IMG/VR virus record: IMGVR_UViG_3300033075_001228
DNA from: a virus
Lineage: Duplodnaviria; Caudoviricetes
Strand: one strand, 5' to 3'
Length of the DNA: 64,000 nt
The position numbers were made by a program, and so were the translations under genes. The number at the start of each line of letters is the position of its first letter. Position 1 is the stretch's first letter. The notes below the pieces were generated by a model. The model saw nothing but the letters and a program-made list of their open reading frames with translations. It did no database searches and was not told the origin of the DNA. This document shows positions 9,279 through 19,216 of the stretch, piece after piece.

Positions 9279-12200
9279 ATGACCGAACAGACTTTTAGGT
9301 CTCCGAACTTTTACGAACGTGAGATCGACCTCTCAGCCCCACAGCTGCGCGGCCCCGTTGGAACACCTGCCGGTGTCATCGGAACAGCCAACAAAGGCCC
9401 TGCATTCGTGCCTGTCACAGTTGCTAACTTTGACGAGTTTGTTGCTACGTTTGGCAACCTTGACCCGAAGAAGTTTGGTCCTTATGCTGTCAATGAATTT
9501 CTAAAGCATCGTTCAGCGTTGACATACCTGAGGGTGCTAGGCGCGGGAGCAAACAGCACTGACACGCACATTGCAACCACAGTTCAAAAGGGTCGGGTCA
9601 ACAACGCAGGCTTCTACCTCGAGGGGTCGGCAGCCGCGCACGACAGCAGGGGCCGCCACGTAGGCGCAGTCCAGTTTTTGGCGGCCCGTCACATGTTGCA
9701 GACGAACGAAGCGTTTGGCCTGCCGATGTTCACCGACAACCGCAGCTTTAGCGGCGGCTTTGCAAACGTTGTTCGCGGCATGGTTTTGATGGCGTCTGGA
9801 GCCAGGATGATGGTTCTTGACGGCAACGAGAGTGCGGTCGGAGCGTTCACCGCGGCTGGCCCAGACGACCTTGCAACGCCTGTAGGCGGCAAGTTTAAGC
9901 TCGTCATCTCGTCTACGCTTGGCAACGGATTCGTCAACACTGACAATAACCCTGGCGTCAGGATCCTGACCGCGTCGCTGGACCCATCGTCATCAGACTA
10001 CTTCGGAAAGATCCTGAACACAGATCCAGACAGGTTTGTCCAAGAGCAGCACCTGCTCTACAGCGACTTTGCTGTCGACGACGAGCTTGCGACAGCTGTG
10101 TCTGTCGCTGTGCTGTCGGGTTCTGAGTCGACAAGCTCGACCTCAGGTGACACGAGCCTGGTCTTTAGGAAGGCGTTCGGAGCGTTTGACACCAGGTACC
10201 AGACGCCGCGTTCAACGATGTTTATCTCGCAGCCGTTCGGTGCGACAGAGTACGACCTGTTCTACTTCGAGTCGCTGGACGATGGAGAGTTTGCGAACAA
10301 GCTCTACAAGATTTCGATCACAAACATCAAGGCTTCTCTTGATGAGGCCAAGCCGTATGGCACCTTCACAGTGCAGATTAGGGACTGGAATGACACAGAC
10401 GCTAACCCGTTGGTCCTAGAGTCGTTCCCTAACTGCTCGCTTGATCCTCAGGCAGAGAACTATGTCGCTAAGCTAATCGGCGATCGAAAGGTCTACTACA
10501 ACTTTGACTCATCGCTGCTCGAGGAACGTCGCGTAGTGATGACAGGCAAGTACCCGAACGTTTCCAAGCTGGTTAGGGTTCGGGTCTCTGACCAGGTAGA
10601 AAACGCGCTCGTTCCTCAAAAGTCTCTGCCATTTGGTTTCAGGGGCATCGAGGTGCTGAAGACAAACGATTCGTTGCTCGACAGCAACTCATCTGTTCCA
10701 CGAATTGTTGGCGTCCTGGGGGTTGGCTCAGGCTCAGCGTTGTCAGGTTCGATCCTTCCTCCTCTTCCGTTCCGGTTTAAGGTGACAAAGGGTGAGCTTC
10801 CAACGTCAACAGCTTTTGAAGGCCAGCCGGGTCCGTCTGAGCTTGCAAACAGCCAGCTAACGTGGGGCATTAAGTTTGAGCGTAACACTGTTCCGCTGAA
10901 CCCAAACCTGTCATCTGAAAAGAACAAGCTGCTTGAGTCGTACACAAAGTTCTTGGGTATCAAGAAGCTTGACGTGCTGGTGACTGGTTCCGGCGCAGAC
11001 CAGTTCAATGATAATAAGTTCACCCTAGCAAAAGTGGCGTTCTCAAACACAAGCATCACGCACCTGACTGGAACGATCAACGACCACATGCGAGAGGCTG
11101 CATACCTCCGTAACGGTGTCCTGGACAACTCGCAGTACACGATCAACACCAGCATCGGCCGCCGAATCACGTTTGCAACAGTCTTGGCACAGGACTCGGC
11201 TGCCAACTTCAACAAGTGGTCTGCCTTCACAAAGTTCACCAACATGATGTATGGTGGCTATGACGGCGTCAACATCCTTGACCGTGACGCCAAGCGGCTT
11301 AACGACAAGTCAACGTCGTTTGACGCTGGCGGTGGAGCTGAATCAAGCTATGTAGCGCCAGGAATGCTGATCAATCCAAACGGGGCAGGTCAGTCAAACT
11401 CAACCGTGCTTTCATACACAACTGCGATTGACATCATGACAGACCCGATGATGGTCAAGACAAACATCCTTGCCATCCCGGGAATCAGGGAATCGTTCAT
11501 CACAGATTATGCGATGAAGAAGGTCCGTGACTACGGGCTTGCATACTATGTCATGGACATCCCGTCATATGATGACTCATCAAACAGGCTCTATGACGAC
11601 TCGACTGCGCGCCCGGACGTAGACAAGACTGCGTCGGCGTTTGACACTCGCGCAGTTGATAACAACTACGCTGGCACATACTTCCCTAACGTCTTCATCG
11701 ACGACCAGACGAACAGGCGCCGTGTAAAGGTTCCTTCGTCAGTCGCAGCGATGGGTGCATTGGCGTTTAACGACAGGGTGACGTACCCATGGTTTGCGCC
11801 AGCAGGATTCAACAGGGCTTCGTTGGACTTTGTGAACAACGTTGAGGTAAGGCTTAACGTTTCCGACAGGGACACCCTGTATGACTCAAGGATCAACCCG
11901 ATCGCAACATTCCCAAGGCTTGGCTTTGTCATCTACGGCCAGAAGACGTTGCAGGTTGCAAAGTCGGCGCTTGACAGGGTCAACGTGAGGCGCCTGCTTC
12001 TTGAGGTGAAGAGGATCATCATCGACATTGCAAACGCAATGGTCTTTGAGCAAAACACCCCAGCTGTCAGGAACAAGTTTGTCTCAGACGCTGTTCTTCA
12101 GCTAGGCCTGATCCAGGCACAGGCTGGAATTGAAGCGTTCAGGGTGATCTGCAATGAGACCAACAACTCTCAGGAAGACGTGGACCTCAACAAGCTAAAC

Positions 12201-12287
12201 GGTCGTATCGTTGTTGTTCCAACGCGTGTGATCGAGTTCATTGCGATCGACTTCATTATCACGAACGCGGGAGTCCAGTTCGTTTAA
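9279..12287 (+). CDS. Contractile tail sheath protein 1
   Basis: N-terminal 'SPNFYEREIDLS...GTANKGPAFVP'; C-terminal 'WFAPAGFNR...INPI...GQKTLQ...SALDRVNVRRLL...PTRVIEFIAIDF'. Confidence 0.95.
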   Translation: MTEQTFRSPNFYEREIDLSAPQLRGPVGTPAGVIGTANKGPAFVPVTVANFDEFVATFGNLDPKKFGPYAVNEFLKHRSALTYLRVLGAGANSTDTHIATTVQKGRVNNAGFYLEGSAAAHDSRGRHVGAVQFLAARHMLQTNEAFGLPMFTDNRSFSGGFANVVRGMVLMASGARMMVLDGNESAVGAFTAAGPDDLATPVGGKFKLVISSTLGNGFVNTDNNPGVRILTASLDPSSSDYFGKILNTDPDRFVQEQHLLYSDFAVDDELATAVSVAVLSGSESTSSTSGDTSLVFRKAFGAFDTRYQTPRSTMFISQPFGATEYDLFYFESLDDGEFANKLYKISITNIKASLDEAKPYGTFTVQIRDWNDTDANPLVLESFPNCSLDPQAENYVAKLIGDRKVYYNFDSSLLEERRVVMTGKYPNVSKLVRVRVSDQVENALVPQKSLPFGFRGIEVLKTNDSLLDSNSSVPRIVGVLGVGSGSALSGSILPPLPFRFKVTKGELPTSTAFEGQPGPSELANSQLTWGIKFERNTVPLNPNLSSEKNKLLESYTKFLGIKKLDVLVTGSGADQFNDNKFTLAKVAFSNTSITHLTGTINDHMREAAYLRNGVLDNSQYTINTSIGRRITFATVLAQDSAANFNKWSAFTKFTNMMYGGYDGVNILDRDAKRLNDKSTSFDAGGGAESSYVAPGMLINPNGAGQSNSTVLSYTTAIDIMTDPMMVKTNILAIPGIRESFITDYAMKKVRDYGLAYYVMDIPSYDDSSNRLYDDSTARPDVDKTASAFDTRAVDNNYAGTYFPNVFIDDQTNRRRVKVPSSVAAMGALAFNDRVTYPWFAPAGFNRASLDFVNNVEVRLNVSDRDTLYDSRINPIATFPRLGFVIYGQKTLQVAKSALDRVNVRRLLLEVKRIIIDIANAMVFEQNTPAVRNKFVSDAVLQLGLIQAQAGIEAFRVICNETNNSQEDVDLNKLNGRIVVVPTRVIEFIAIDFIITNAGVQFV

Positions 12288-12288
12288 T

Positions 12289-12331
12289 TCTGTTGATCAA
12301 GGCTTAAGTGATCTTTGCCTTGATCAACAGA
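12289..12331 (+). terminator. Perfect 15-bp inverted repeat between the sheath genes (hairpin; terminator or processing site)
   Basis: TCTGTTGATCAAGGC ... GCCTTGATCAACAGA. Confidence 0.55.
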
Positions 12332-12380
12332 TGTCGCGCAAGCGTTAGCATTAGAATAGTTAAACACGAGGAAATTTGGC

Positions 12381-15300
12381 ATGGCACAGCTAAAGTTTGG
12401 AAGCGCAGGGGTTGCGGCAAAGGAGATTGACCTATCGGGTCCAGTTACGCAGCAGCCAGTTGGCGTTCCAGCAGGCGTCGTCGGCACAGCGCTTCAGGGG
12501 CCGGCATTTGTGCCGGTTACCGTAGGGCTGCTGAGCGACTTTTACGCAAAGTTCGGTAAGACTGACGGCAAAAAGTTTGGGCCGCTAGCGGTGTCTGAAT
12601 GGCTACGAAACGCAGGTTCTGTTACGTACCTTCGGGTGTTGGGCGTCGGTGACGGTCTAGAACGCAATGCTGACGGTTCAGTGACGAACGCTGGCTTCAC
12701 GGTGGGTGAGAACCAACCTCGTGCTGTCGATGGCGTCATGTTTGGCAACCCATACGCTACGTCTGGAAGCAACAGCGTTCCGGGCAGAACGTACTTTTTG
12801 GGTGCATTCATGTCTGAGTCTGCTGGTTCAACTGTCTTTTCAGACGCGGGCCTGTTAGGGGTAGGTGGTATCACACCGTATGGCACCGGCTCAGCGTTGC
12901 CGATCATTCGTGGCGTCTTGATGGCAGCCTCAGGCGTCATCCTCCGGCTGTCTTCGTCGGTCACTGCGTCTTCTGCGCCTGCTTCTACGTTGGTGGCCAC
13001 CGAGCAGAGCTCACAGGGTGCACACTTTGGTGCAATTGTTTTGCTCGATGGTACCGTTGCTAAGCAGGACTTTGTGCTTCTATTGAACGGTCACAAGGGA
13101 ACTGACTCGCTGTACCCGAACGTGATCACGGCCTCGTTTGACATGACGTCGCCGAACTACTTTGCAAACGTCCTCAACAAGGATCCGCTGAAGTACCAGC
13201 AGGCGGGTCACTACCTGTATGCGCATTGGGACCTTCACCCTTCGACCGCTGTTGTCACCGGCTCTGGCCTTCTTTCCACGGCTTCTGGCTCCGGGGCCTC
13301 AACTGCGCCTAAGGTCGGCGCTGAGATCGCTGCGTTCATCACGACCGGTTCGACCGCAAGGAACGTCGGCAGCTCGGTGGTGCCAAACTACGAGTCGTTT
13401 ACCGATAGGTTTGCACACGCTAAGTCACCGTGGGTCATCTCGCAGCGCTTTGGCGGAGTAGCAACAGACCTGTTTAGGCTACACGCCCTTGACGCTGGGG
13501 CTGGCATCTCGACAAACTTCAAGATTTCGATTGAAAACATCGTTCCTTCGACTGACCCTGCGAACCAATACGGAAGCTTTGACCTGATCGTCCGAGATTG
13601 GAACGACAACGACGGCAACGTAAAGGCGCTCGAGCAGTGGAGAGGCGTGAACCTGGACCCAAGCTCAGACAGGTACATTGCTAAGGTCATCGGTGACGCA
13701 CACATCTTCTACAACTTTGATCAGTCTGAGGCAGGACAAAAGATCATCGTCGACGGCAACTATCCAAACAAGTCTAATCTTGTCAGGGTTGAGGTCTCGA
13801 CCGACGTTGACAACATGACCGTTGACCCAACGGCGTTGCCTTTTGGCGTCAGGGGCGTCAGCCACCTGATGACGTCTGGCTCGGCCCCGATGTCCAGCCC
13901 GCCAGTTACGTCTAGCGCTGGCGTGTTGACGTCCAACCTGTTGAAGAGGGTGATTGAGGCTCCTCTGCCGCTAAGGAAGAACATCACGCAGGGTTCAGGC
14001 GCTAAGCTTAGCGTCAACCCGTTGCTTTACTGGGGCGTTCGTTTTGAGCACATCACCAGCTTAACGACTCCAAATGCCAGCACGTTGCAGGATAAGTCGC
14101 TTCTAAGCTTTGCAAAGTACTTCCCTGACTTCGCGGAGACAAACCAGAACTTCGTTGTGGGTGACAACGCCGGAACGCCAGCCACAGCTGAGAACGGCGA
14201 GATTGACGCGGACAGGTTCTGCAGAAACGTCTTCTCCCTGGAGAACATCCAGGTCGTCACCAACTCTACCGGCTTGGCCGACTCGGCTGAGTGGGACCAG
14301 GCAACGTATGTCCGAGACGGCAACATCTCGGCGAACGCCTCTGCCAAGACGCGAAGGCTCGCTTCAAGCGACTTCATCCAGGCAAACCGTCGTTTCATCA
14401 AGTACTCTTTCCTCATGCAGGGAGGGTTTGACGGCGTCAACCTCTTTGACAAGGATGAGTCTGAGATCAACAACAACGCTGTCGTTGCTGACATGAATGA
14501 TGCAAACCGCGGCCGACAGGACGGACCGTCGGTCAGGGCGTACATCAAGGCGTTGGACATCATGAAAAACGTGGTGAACACGGACATCCAGCTGCTGGCC
14601 ATTCCAGGCATCAGGCACCCAGTCGTCTCAGACTCAGCGATTAGCTCGGTTGAAGAGCGTTTTGATGCGTTGTACCTCATGGACATCGAGCAACTCGATA
14701 ACGCGGGTGACAACGTGATCTCTGATAGCCAGCTACCTTCGGTCACGCTCACCGTCAACAACTTCCGTGACAGGGCGCTTGACAGCAGCTTCGCTGCAGC
14801 ATACTTCCCTGACGTGGTGATGCCAGATCCAAACACGAAGAGCAACGTCGTCGTGCCGCCTTCGGTCGTAGTCCTCGGCGCCTTGGCGCTTAACGACGCT
14901 GTCGGTCACCCGTGGTTTGCTCCAGCAGGAACAACGCGTGGCGCGCTGTCGACGACCCTTGAGGCCCGCGTGCAGCTGTCGAAGACAAACATGGACAACA
15001 TGTATGACGTCGGCATCAACCCTCTCGTTGCGTTTCCAGGGAACGCAACCTCTGGAACCAACCCAAAGGGCGGCGTTGTGGTGTGGGGTCAGAAGACGCT
15101 ACAGGCTGCTGCGAGCGCCCTTGACCGTGTGAACGTCAGGCGTCTCCTCATCGACATCCGTCGCCAGGTTCGTGAGATCGCAAACACGATCATCTTTGAG
15201 CCAAACAGGGAGTCCACGCTCGCCAAGTTCTCAGCTGCGGTCACGCCCCGACTGCAGAGGATCCAGGCGCTGTCTGGCCTTGAAAGGTTTAGGGTCATCA

Positions 15301-15434
15301 TCGATTCGTCGACAACGACCCAGGCTGATGTGGAGAACAATACCATTCGCGGGAAAATCTTCGTGCAACCGACCAAATCGATTGAGTTTGTTTCGCTTGA
15401 CTTCGTTGTCACAAACAACATCAACCAAGCATAA
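12381..15434 (+). CDS. Contractile tail sheath protein 2
   Basis: Same sheath motifs (EIDLS, GPAFVP, WFAPAG, GQKTLQ, DRVNVRRLL, PTKSIEFVSLDF). Confidence 0.95.
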   Translation: MAQLKFGSAGVAAKEIDLSGPVTQQPVGVPAGVVGTALQGPAFVPVTVGLLSDFYAKFGKTDGKKFGPLAVSEWLRNAGSVTYLRVLGVGDGLERNADGSVTNAGFTVGENQPRAVDGVMFGNPYATSGSNSVPGRTYFLGAFMSESAGSTVFSDAGLLGVGGITPYGTGSALPIIRGVLMAASGVILRLSSSVTASSAPASTLVATEQSSQGAHFGAIVLLDGTVAKQDFVLLLNGHKGTDSLYPNVITASFDMTSPNYFANVLNKDPLKYQQAGHYLYAHWDLHPSTAVVTGSGLLSTASGSGASTAPKVGAEIAAFITTGSTARNVGSSVVPNYESFTDRFAHAKSPWVISQRFGGVATDLFRLHALDAGAGISTNFKISIENIVPSTDPANQYGSFDLIVRDWNDNDGNVKALEQWRGVNLDPSSDRYIAKVIGDAHIFYNFDQSEAGQKIIVDGNYPNKSNLVRVEVSTDVDNMTVDPTALPFGVRGVSHLMTSGSAPMSSPPVTSSAGVLTSNLLKRVIEAPLPLRKNITQGSGAKLSVNPLLYWGVRFEHITSLTTPNASTLQDKSLLSFAKYFPDFAETNQNFVVGDNAGTPATAENGEIDADRFCRNVFSLENIQVVTNSTGLADSAEWDQATYVRDGNISANASAKTRRLASSDFIQANRRFIKYSFLMQGGFDGVNLFDKDESEINNNAVVADMNDANRGRQDGPSVRAYIKALDIMKNVVNTDIQLLAIPGIRHPVVSDSAISSVEERFDALYLMDIEQLDNAGDNVISDSQLPSVTLTVNNFRDRALDSSFAAAYFPDVVMPDPNTKSNVVVPPSVVVLGALALNDAVGHPWFAPAGTTRGALSTTLEARVQLSKTNMDNMYDVGINPLVAFPGNATSGTNPKGGVVVWGQKTLQAAASALDRVNVRRLLIDIRRQVREIANTIIFEPNRESTLAKFSAAVTPRLQRIQALSGLERFRVIIDSSTTTQADVENNTIRGKIFVQPTKSIEFVSLDFVVTNNINQA

Positions 15435-15450
15435 GAATAGTTGGGTTTAG

Positions 15451-16137
15451 ATGATTGTTTACTGCCTAACAAACTTGATCAACGGCAAGCAATACGTTGG
15501 TCAAACGACCAAACCAGTTGAAGACCGTGTAAAGCAGCACGTTAGGGTTGCAAAACGTATGTCACGTAATCCAATTCATTGTGCTATCAGAAAATACGGA
15601 ATTGATCAGTTTGCTGTTGCAGTCCTGCAATCGTGTAACACGCGTCAGGAGCTTAACGAAGCTGAGATTCGATGGATCAGCTTGTTAGAGACACGAAAGC
15701 TTGGATATAACCTTTCTGAGGGTGGCTCTGGGGTTAAAGGTCGAGGAATTTGGAAGCACACAGCAGAAAGCAAACAAAAGATTGGCGATAAAAATCGTGG
15801 CAAGGTTAGGTCTCTTGAAACTCGAAAGCTGATCAGCGAATCTGTTCATGCTGCCATGACGGACGAGCTTCGTTCGCTGATCTCAGCATCAACACGCTGC
15901 GCGCTAACTTTCGAGGTTCGTAGCAAAATTGAAAGAAACAATTACGCTAAACGTCGAAAGCAAATAGCTCAGCTAACGATCGAAGGACAGCGCATTGCTT
16001 TATTTAAGTCTGCGACAGAGGCAGCTGCCGTAACGAATACAAACAAAGGCAATCTTTGCGCTTGCGCCCGTGGCGAATGTTTTCAAGCGGGCGGCTTTCG
16101 GTGGGAGTATGTCACAAACAACATTAACCAGGCATGA
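15451..16137 (+). mobile_element. Free-standing GIY-YIG homing endonuclease (NUMOD3/NUMOD1-type DNA-binding tail)
   Basis: 'IVYCLTNLINGKQYVGQT...R...E...GYN', 'HTAESKQKIG', C-terminal 'FKSATEAA...AGGFRWEY'. Confidence 0.85.
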
Positions 16138-16151
16138 TGAAAGATAACGTG

Positions 16152-16472
16152 ATGAAGCTTACGAAAACACAGCTCGTGAAGATCATTCGGGAGACTGTCA
16201 GAAAGAAGATGAAAGTTGTCTCTGAGGTTTCACCGCCCAGGGGAACGATGCTTTCTACTCGCGCCCCCGCCGCGGCGGCGCTCGCACATCCCAATGTTGC
16301 AGGAGCGATCGAAAACTTAAAGGACGCAATGATGGAGGCGCTTGAGGAGCAGGTCTCACGTTATGCGCTCGAGGAGGTTGACCAGATCTTGCATACTGAG
16401 TTTCACAAGGAGCTTTATGACCTTGTTGAGGAGTGGTTGAACACCCTTGTGGAGAACGCTGAGGGAGTATGA
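16152..16472 (+). CDS. Small protein with shared N-terminal helix (MKLTKTQLVKIIRE)
   Basis: Motif family member; start could be 16134-16152. Confidence 0.7.
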   Translation: MKLTKTQLVKIIRETVRKKMKVVSEVSPPRGTMLSTRAPAAAALAHPNVAGAIENLKDAMMEALEEQVSRYALEEVDQILHTEFHKELYDLVEEWLNTLVENAEGV

Positions 16473-16807
16473 AGTTAACAAAGTTTCAGCTAAGGCAGCT
16501 CATCCGTGAAGCAATCGCAAAGAAGGTTGTCAAGGAAGGTCGCCTCAAAAACCCTGTCGTTGACCTCGTTGGCGGTGCGCTTGCGCAGCAGGTGAACGAG
16601 ATGTTTGAAAACGCCAGCGAAACGCTTGAGAACAACGCATATGAGATGGTGCTGGGAACGCCAGACGCTGACGCTGCGTTTCCAAGCCGTTACGAGGACG
16701 TTGTAGAGTATTCTCGTGCATGTGCGGAGGTTGCTGTCAGCGACCTAAAGGATCAGCTGGAAGGGATTGCTTCAGGCATTCTACAGGAGCTCATGAAGCC
16801 AGTTTGA
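16469..16807 (+). CDS. Small protein with shared N-terminal helix (MKLTKFQLRQLIREAI)
   Basis: Motif family member; ATGA overlap and GAGGGAG RBS. Confidence 0.75.
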   Translation: MKLTKFQLRQLIREAIAKKVVKEGRLKNPVVDLVGGALAQQVNEMFENASETLENNAYEMVLGTPDADAAFPSRYEDVVEYSRACAEVAVSDLKDQLEGIASGILQELMKPV

Positions 16808-16862
16808 ATAATGATCGCTATCCAACCGGTGGATTGGCTAACAGGCTGATGAAGAGTTTTCT

Positions 16863-16890
16863 AGGGCCCTACAAAGATGCGTAGGGCCCT
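16863..16890. terminator. Hairpin between convergent genes (likely bidirectional terminator)
   Basis: AGGGCCCTAC-N8-GTAGGGCCCT followed by TATTTGTTTG. Confidence 0.65.
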
Positions 16891-18560
16891 TATTTGTTTG
16901 GTTGCAGCATCTTAAGGGTGACGTTGTTGCAGCCAAAGATCTTTACCACCTTTGCTTCAGCGGCGACCTCAGCCTCTGTCATGCCGCGGGAGCTGTCTGC
17001 CCTGTAACGAAACCTGTTGAACCTGCTGTGGAAGTCAGTCCACCAAAACCTGGGCGTCGTTTCTCCGACAACCGTCCACCCTGAGGCGATCCAAGACGCA
17101 GGACCACCTAGCCGAGTGTCAACATACGTGATCATTCCTTGTTGTCCTTGGTTGGCTGTCCACGCCAACGCAGCCTTCGACAGCCTCGACAGTCCACCCG
17201 GGACTACCAGATCACGTTTGGTAGCTAACCTTGCGATCTCCATCAACTTAGAGTGCGTCTTGTGGAACGGATGCCTTAGGCTCATCACCATGACGAGCTC
17301 ACCGTTGTGCTTAAGCCCGATGGCGTGCGATGCCTTCGTGTCGCCGTCAAGGTGGTTTTCATCAAAGAAAAGGCGACGTTCTTCAGTGGGAACGTCAACG
17401 ACCTCGCAGGTCCTGGCCCCAACGCGGGAAGACATCCCGAGCATGTGCCGGATCATTGCCTCAACGAGGGGCCTACGTTCCGCCCATTCGTCCTGAAAAA
17501 CATGGAACAGCTTGATCCCAGCCGCCTTGCAGGCAGCGGACTTGTTCTGGTGGTATACGTCAGACTTGTGGATGGAGCAGTGCCAGTATAAGCCGTTGTA
17601 TTCGATAGCAACAGAGCGTGACGGGATGAATACGTCGAGCTCTGCCCCTCGCTCTGGGCCTGCGATCATCTTTCTTGTGTTTCTCACCACCTCAACGCCG
17701 AGGGACTCAACGTATGCTGCGATCTCTCCTTGTGCCGCTGACCCGGCAGGGTCGCAGGAGTAGCAACGATGGTGCTGCAGCTGCCGCAGCGAGCTGTACG
17801 TCCTTGTCTTGCATGAGATGCATTCTACGTAGATGTTTGTCGTTGCGTCGTTTACGTAGCCCTCGGCGCTCAGCAGCTTGAGGTTTCCGCCGCCCTCGAT
17901 CCTTTTCCTAATCTCCTCGATGTTTAGTCGCTTAAGCTCATCGAGCCGTGTCCTGACCGCTGCGGTCTTGTGTGCCACAGACACAGCCTCTGCCATGGAG
18001 GCCACCCTTTCGTCAGTCTCCTTCGTGAGGCCCTTTGACCAGGGCGTGTATCTTCCTTGTTGGTAGGCGTCTTTTAAAGTTGTTGCAGCCGCGGCCACCC
18101 TCTCGTCGGTCTCCTTCGTGAGGCCCTTTGACCAGGCAACGATTTCGTCATCGGCGAAGGCTTTCTTTCGTCCTTCGCTGGTGGCCTTTGCCCTAGCGGC
18201 CACCCTCTCGTCGGTCTCCTTCGTGAGGCCCTTTGACCATGAAGCCTGGCCGCGCCAGTTGCTGCCGCGGGTCTGGGCGATCTCAGCGGCCTTTTCGTTG
18301 TCGTATACGCTATAGATGCTTGCGTTGTGTCCCTTGATCATCGAGCTGTAGCCGACCTTGTAGTTGATCCACTTTGTTTCTTTCCCACACCCGCACCTGC
18401 ACGTCGCGGCCCCGTTCGCCTTGTCGAAGGCTTCCTTGGCTGACACGCCGTGTTCGGCCTCTATGTGTCGTTCGACTGCTGTGATACGTTTTGAGCTGAA
18501 CCCACACAGCCCGCAGACGGTAGGCCCAATCGTTTGCTTCTTGGTTGGCATTGTCAGCAT
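16890..18560 (-). CDS. Hef-like homing endonuclease (Zn motifs, repeats, PD-(D/E)XK/Vsr-like domain, GNAT/Mom-like C-terminus)
   Basis: 'ELDVFIPS..AIEYNGLYWH...HVFQDEW'; C2H2 and CxCGC motifs; C-terminal 'EIARL...GGLSRL...ITYVDTR'. Confidence 0.7.
   Translation of the reverse strand: MLTMPTKKQTIGPTVCGLCGFSSKRITAVERHIEAEHGVSAKEAFDKANGAATCRCGCGKETKWINYKVGYSSMIKGHNASIYSVYDNEKAAEIAQTRGSNWRGQASWSKGLTKETDERVAARAKATSEGRKKAFADDEIVAWSKGLTKETDERVAAAATTLKDAYQQGRYTPWSKGLTKETDERVASMAEAVSVAHKTAAVRTRLDELKRLNIEEIRKRIEGGGNLKLLSAEGYVNDATTNIYVECISCKTRTYSSLRQLQHHRCYSCDPAGSAAQGEIAAYVESLGVEVVRNTRKMIAGPERGAELDVFIPSRSVAIEYNGLYWHCSIHKSDVYHQNKSAACKAAGIKLFHVFQDEWAERRPLVEAMIRHMLGMSSRVGARTCEVVDVPTEERRLFFDENHLDGDTKASHAIGLKHNGELVMVMSLRHPFHKTHSKLMEIARLATKRDLVVPGGLSRLSKAALAWTANQGQQGMITYVDTRLGGPASWIASGWTVVGETTPRFWWTDFHSRFNRFRYRADSSRGMTEAEVAAEAKVVKIFGCNNVTLKMLQPNK
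18001..18239 (-). repeat. Three near-identical 41-bp repeats encoding WSKGLTKETDERVA
   Basis: Copies at 18001-18041, 18094-18134 and 18199-18239. Confidence 0.9.
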
Positions 18561-18670
18561 CTAACTATTCATGCAGCCTGTTGTTTTGTGCGTTTTAAAC
18601 GGACAAAATTGGCGATGACTCCTAATTAGCATCGGGTGGTCATCACGCACCACCAAGGAGCTTTTTGAAC

Positions 18671-19159
18671 ATGGCTGAGACGCTTGATGTTACATCAATG
18701 TTGAATAACAAATTCGAACCAAAGCGGAAAAACCGCTGGGTCCTCATGATTGAAGGCATCGATGCCTACATCATCAAGACAGCGGCCCGACCGACGATGA
18801 CGACCGAGGAGGTTGAGATCCCGTTCATCAACTCCCGACGTTACCTTGCTGGCCTGTCAAAGTTCAACACCATGGCCGTGACGCTGCACGATCCGATCGC
18901 ACCGTCGGGCGCCCAGCAGGTCATGGAGTGGGTTCGCCTGCACTTTGAGAGCGTGTCAGGACGGGCAGGCTACGCTGACTTCTACAAGCGTGACATCCAG
19001 CTGAAGGTGTTGGACCCCGTAGGGACAGTTGTGGAACTTTGGGATATAAAGGGTGCTTTCATCACGGAGGCAAACTTCGGTGACCTGACGTACGAAGACG
19101 GAGGCGTAGCAGAGATTTCGCTAACGCTCCGCTTCGATAATGCGGTTCTGCAATTCTAA
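18671..19159 (+). CDS. Tail tube protein (T4 gp19-like)
   Basis: 'FEPKRKNRW...ARP...VMEW...GYADFYKRDIQL..LDPVG.VVE.W.IKGAF...LRFD'; AAGGAG RBS. Confidence 0.9.
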   Translation: MAETLDVTSMLNNKFEPKRKNRWVLMIEGIDAYIIKTAARPTMTTEEVEIPFINSRRYLAGLSKFNTMAVTLHDPIAPSGAQQVMEWVRLHFESVSGRAGYADFYKRDIQLKVLDPVGTVVELWDIKGAFITEANFGDLTYEDGGVAEISLTLRFDNAVLQF

Positions 19160-19216
19160 GTAAAAGACTTTTCAACCAGGGTTATACAACTTCGGTGGGC
19201 CATGATACATTCTATC

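Noticed and set aside
15435-16137. Group I intron carrying the GIY-YIG ORF (likewise at 49733 and 57702)
   Set aside because: The non-coding flanks are too short for a ribozyme core, and the host genes are complete without splicing.
18001-18239. CRISPR-like array (41-bp repeats with spacers)
   Set aside because: The repeats are in-frame coding repeats (WSKGLTKETDERVA) inside an endonuclease gene, and there are no cas genes.
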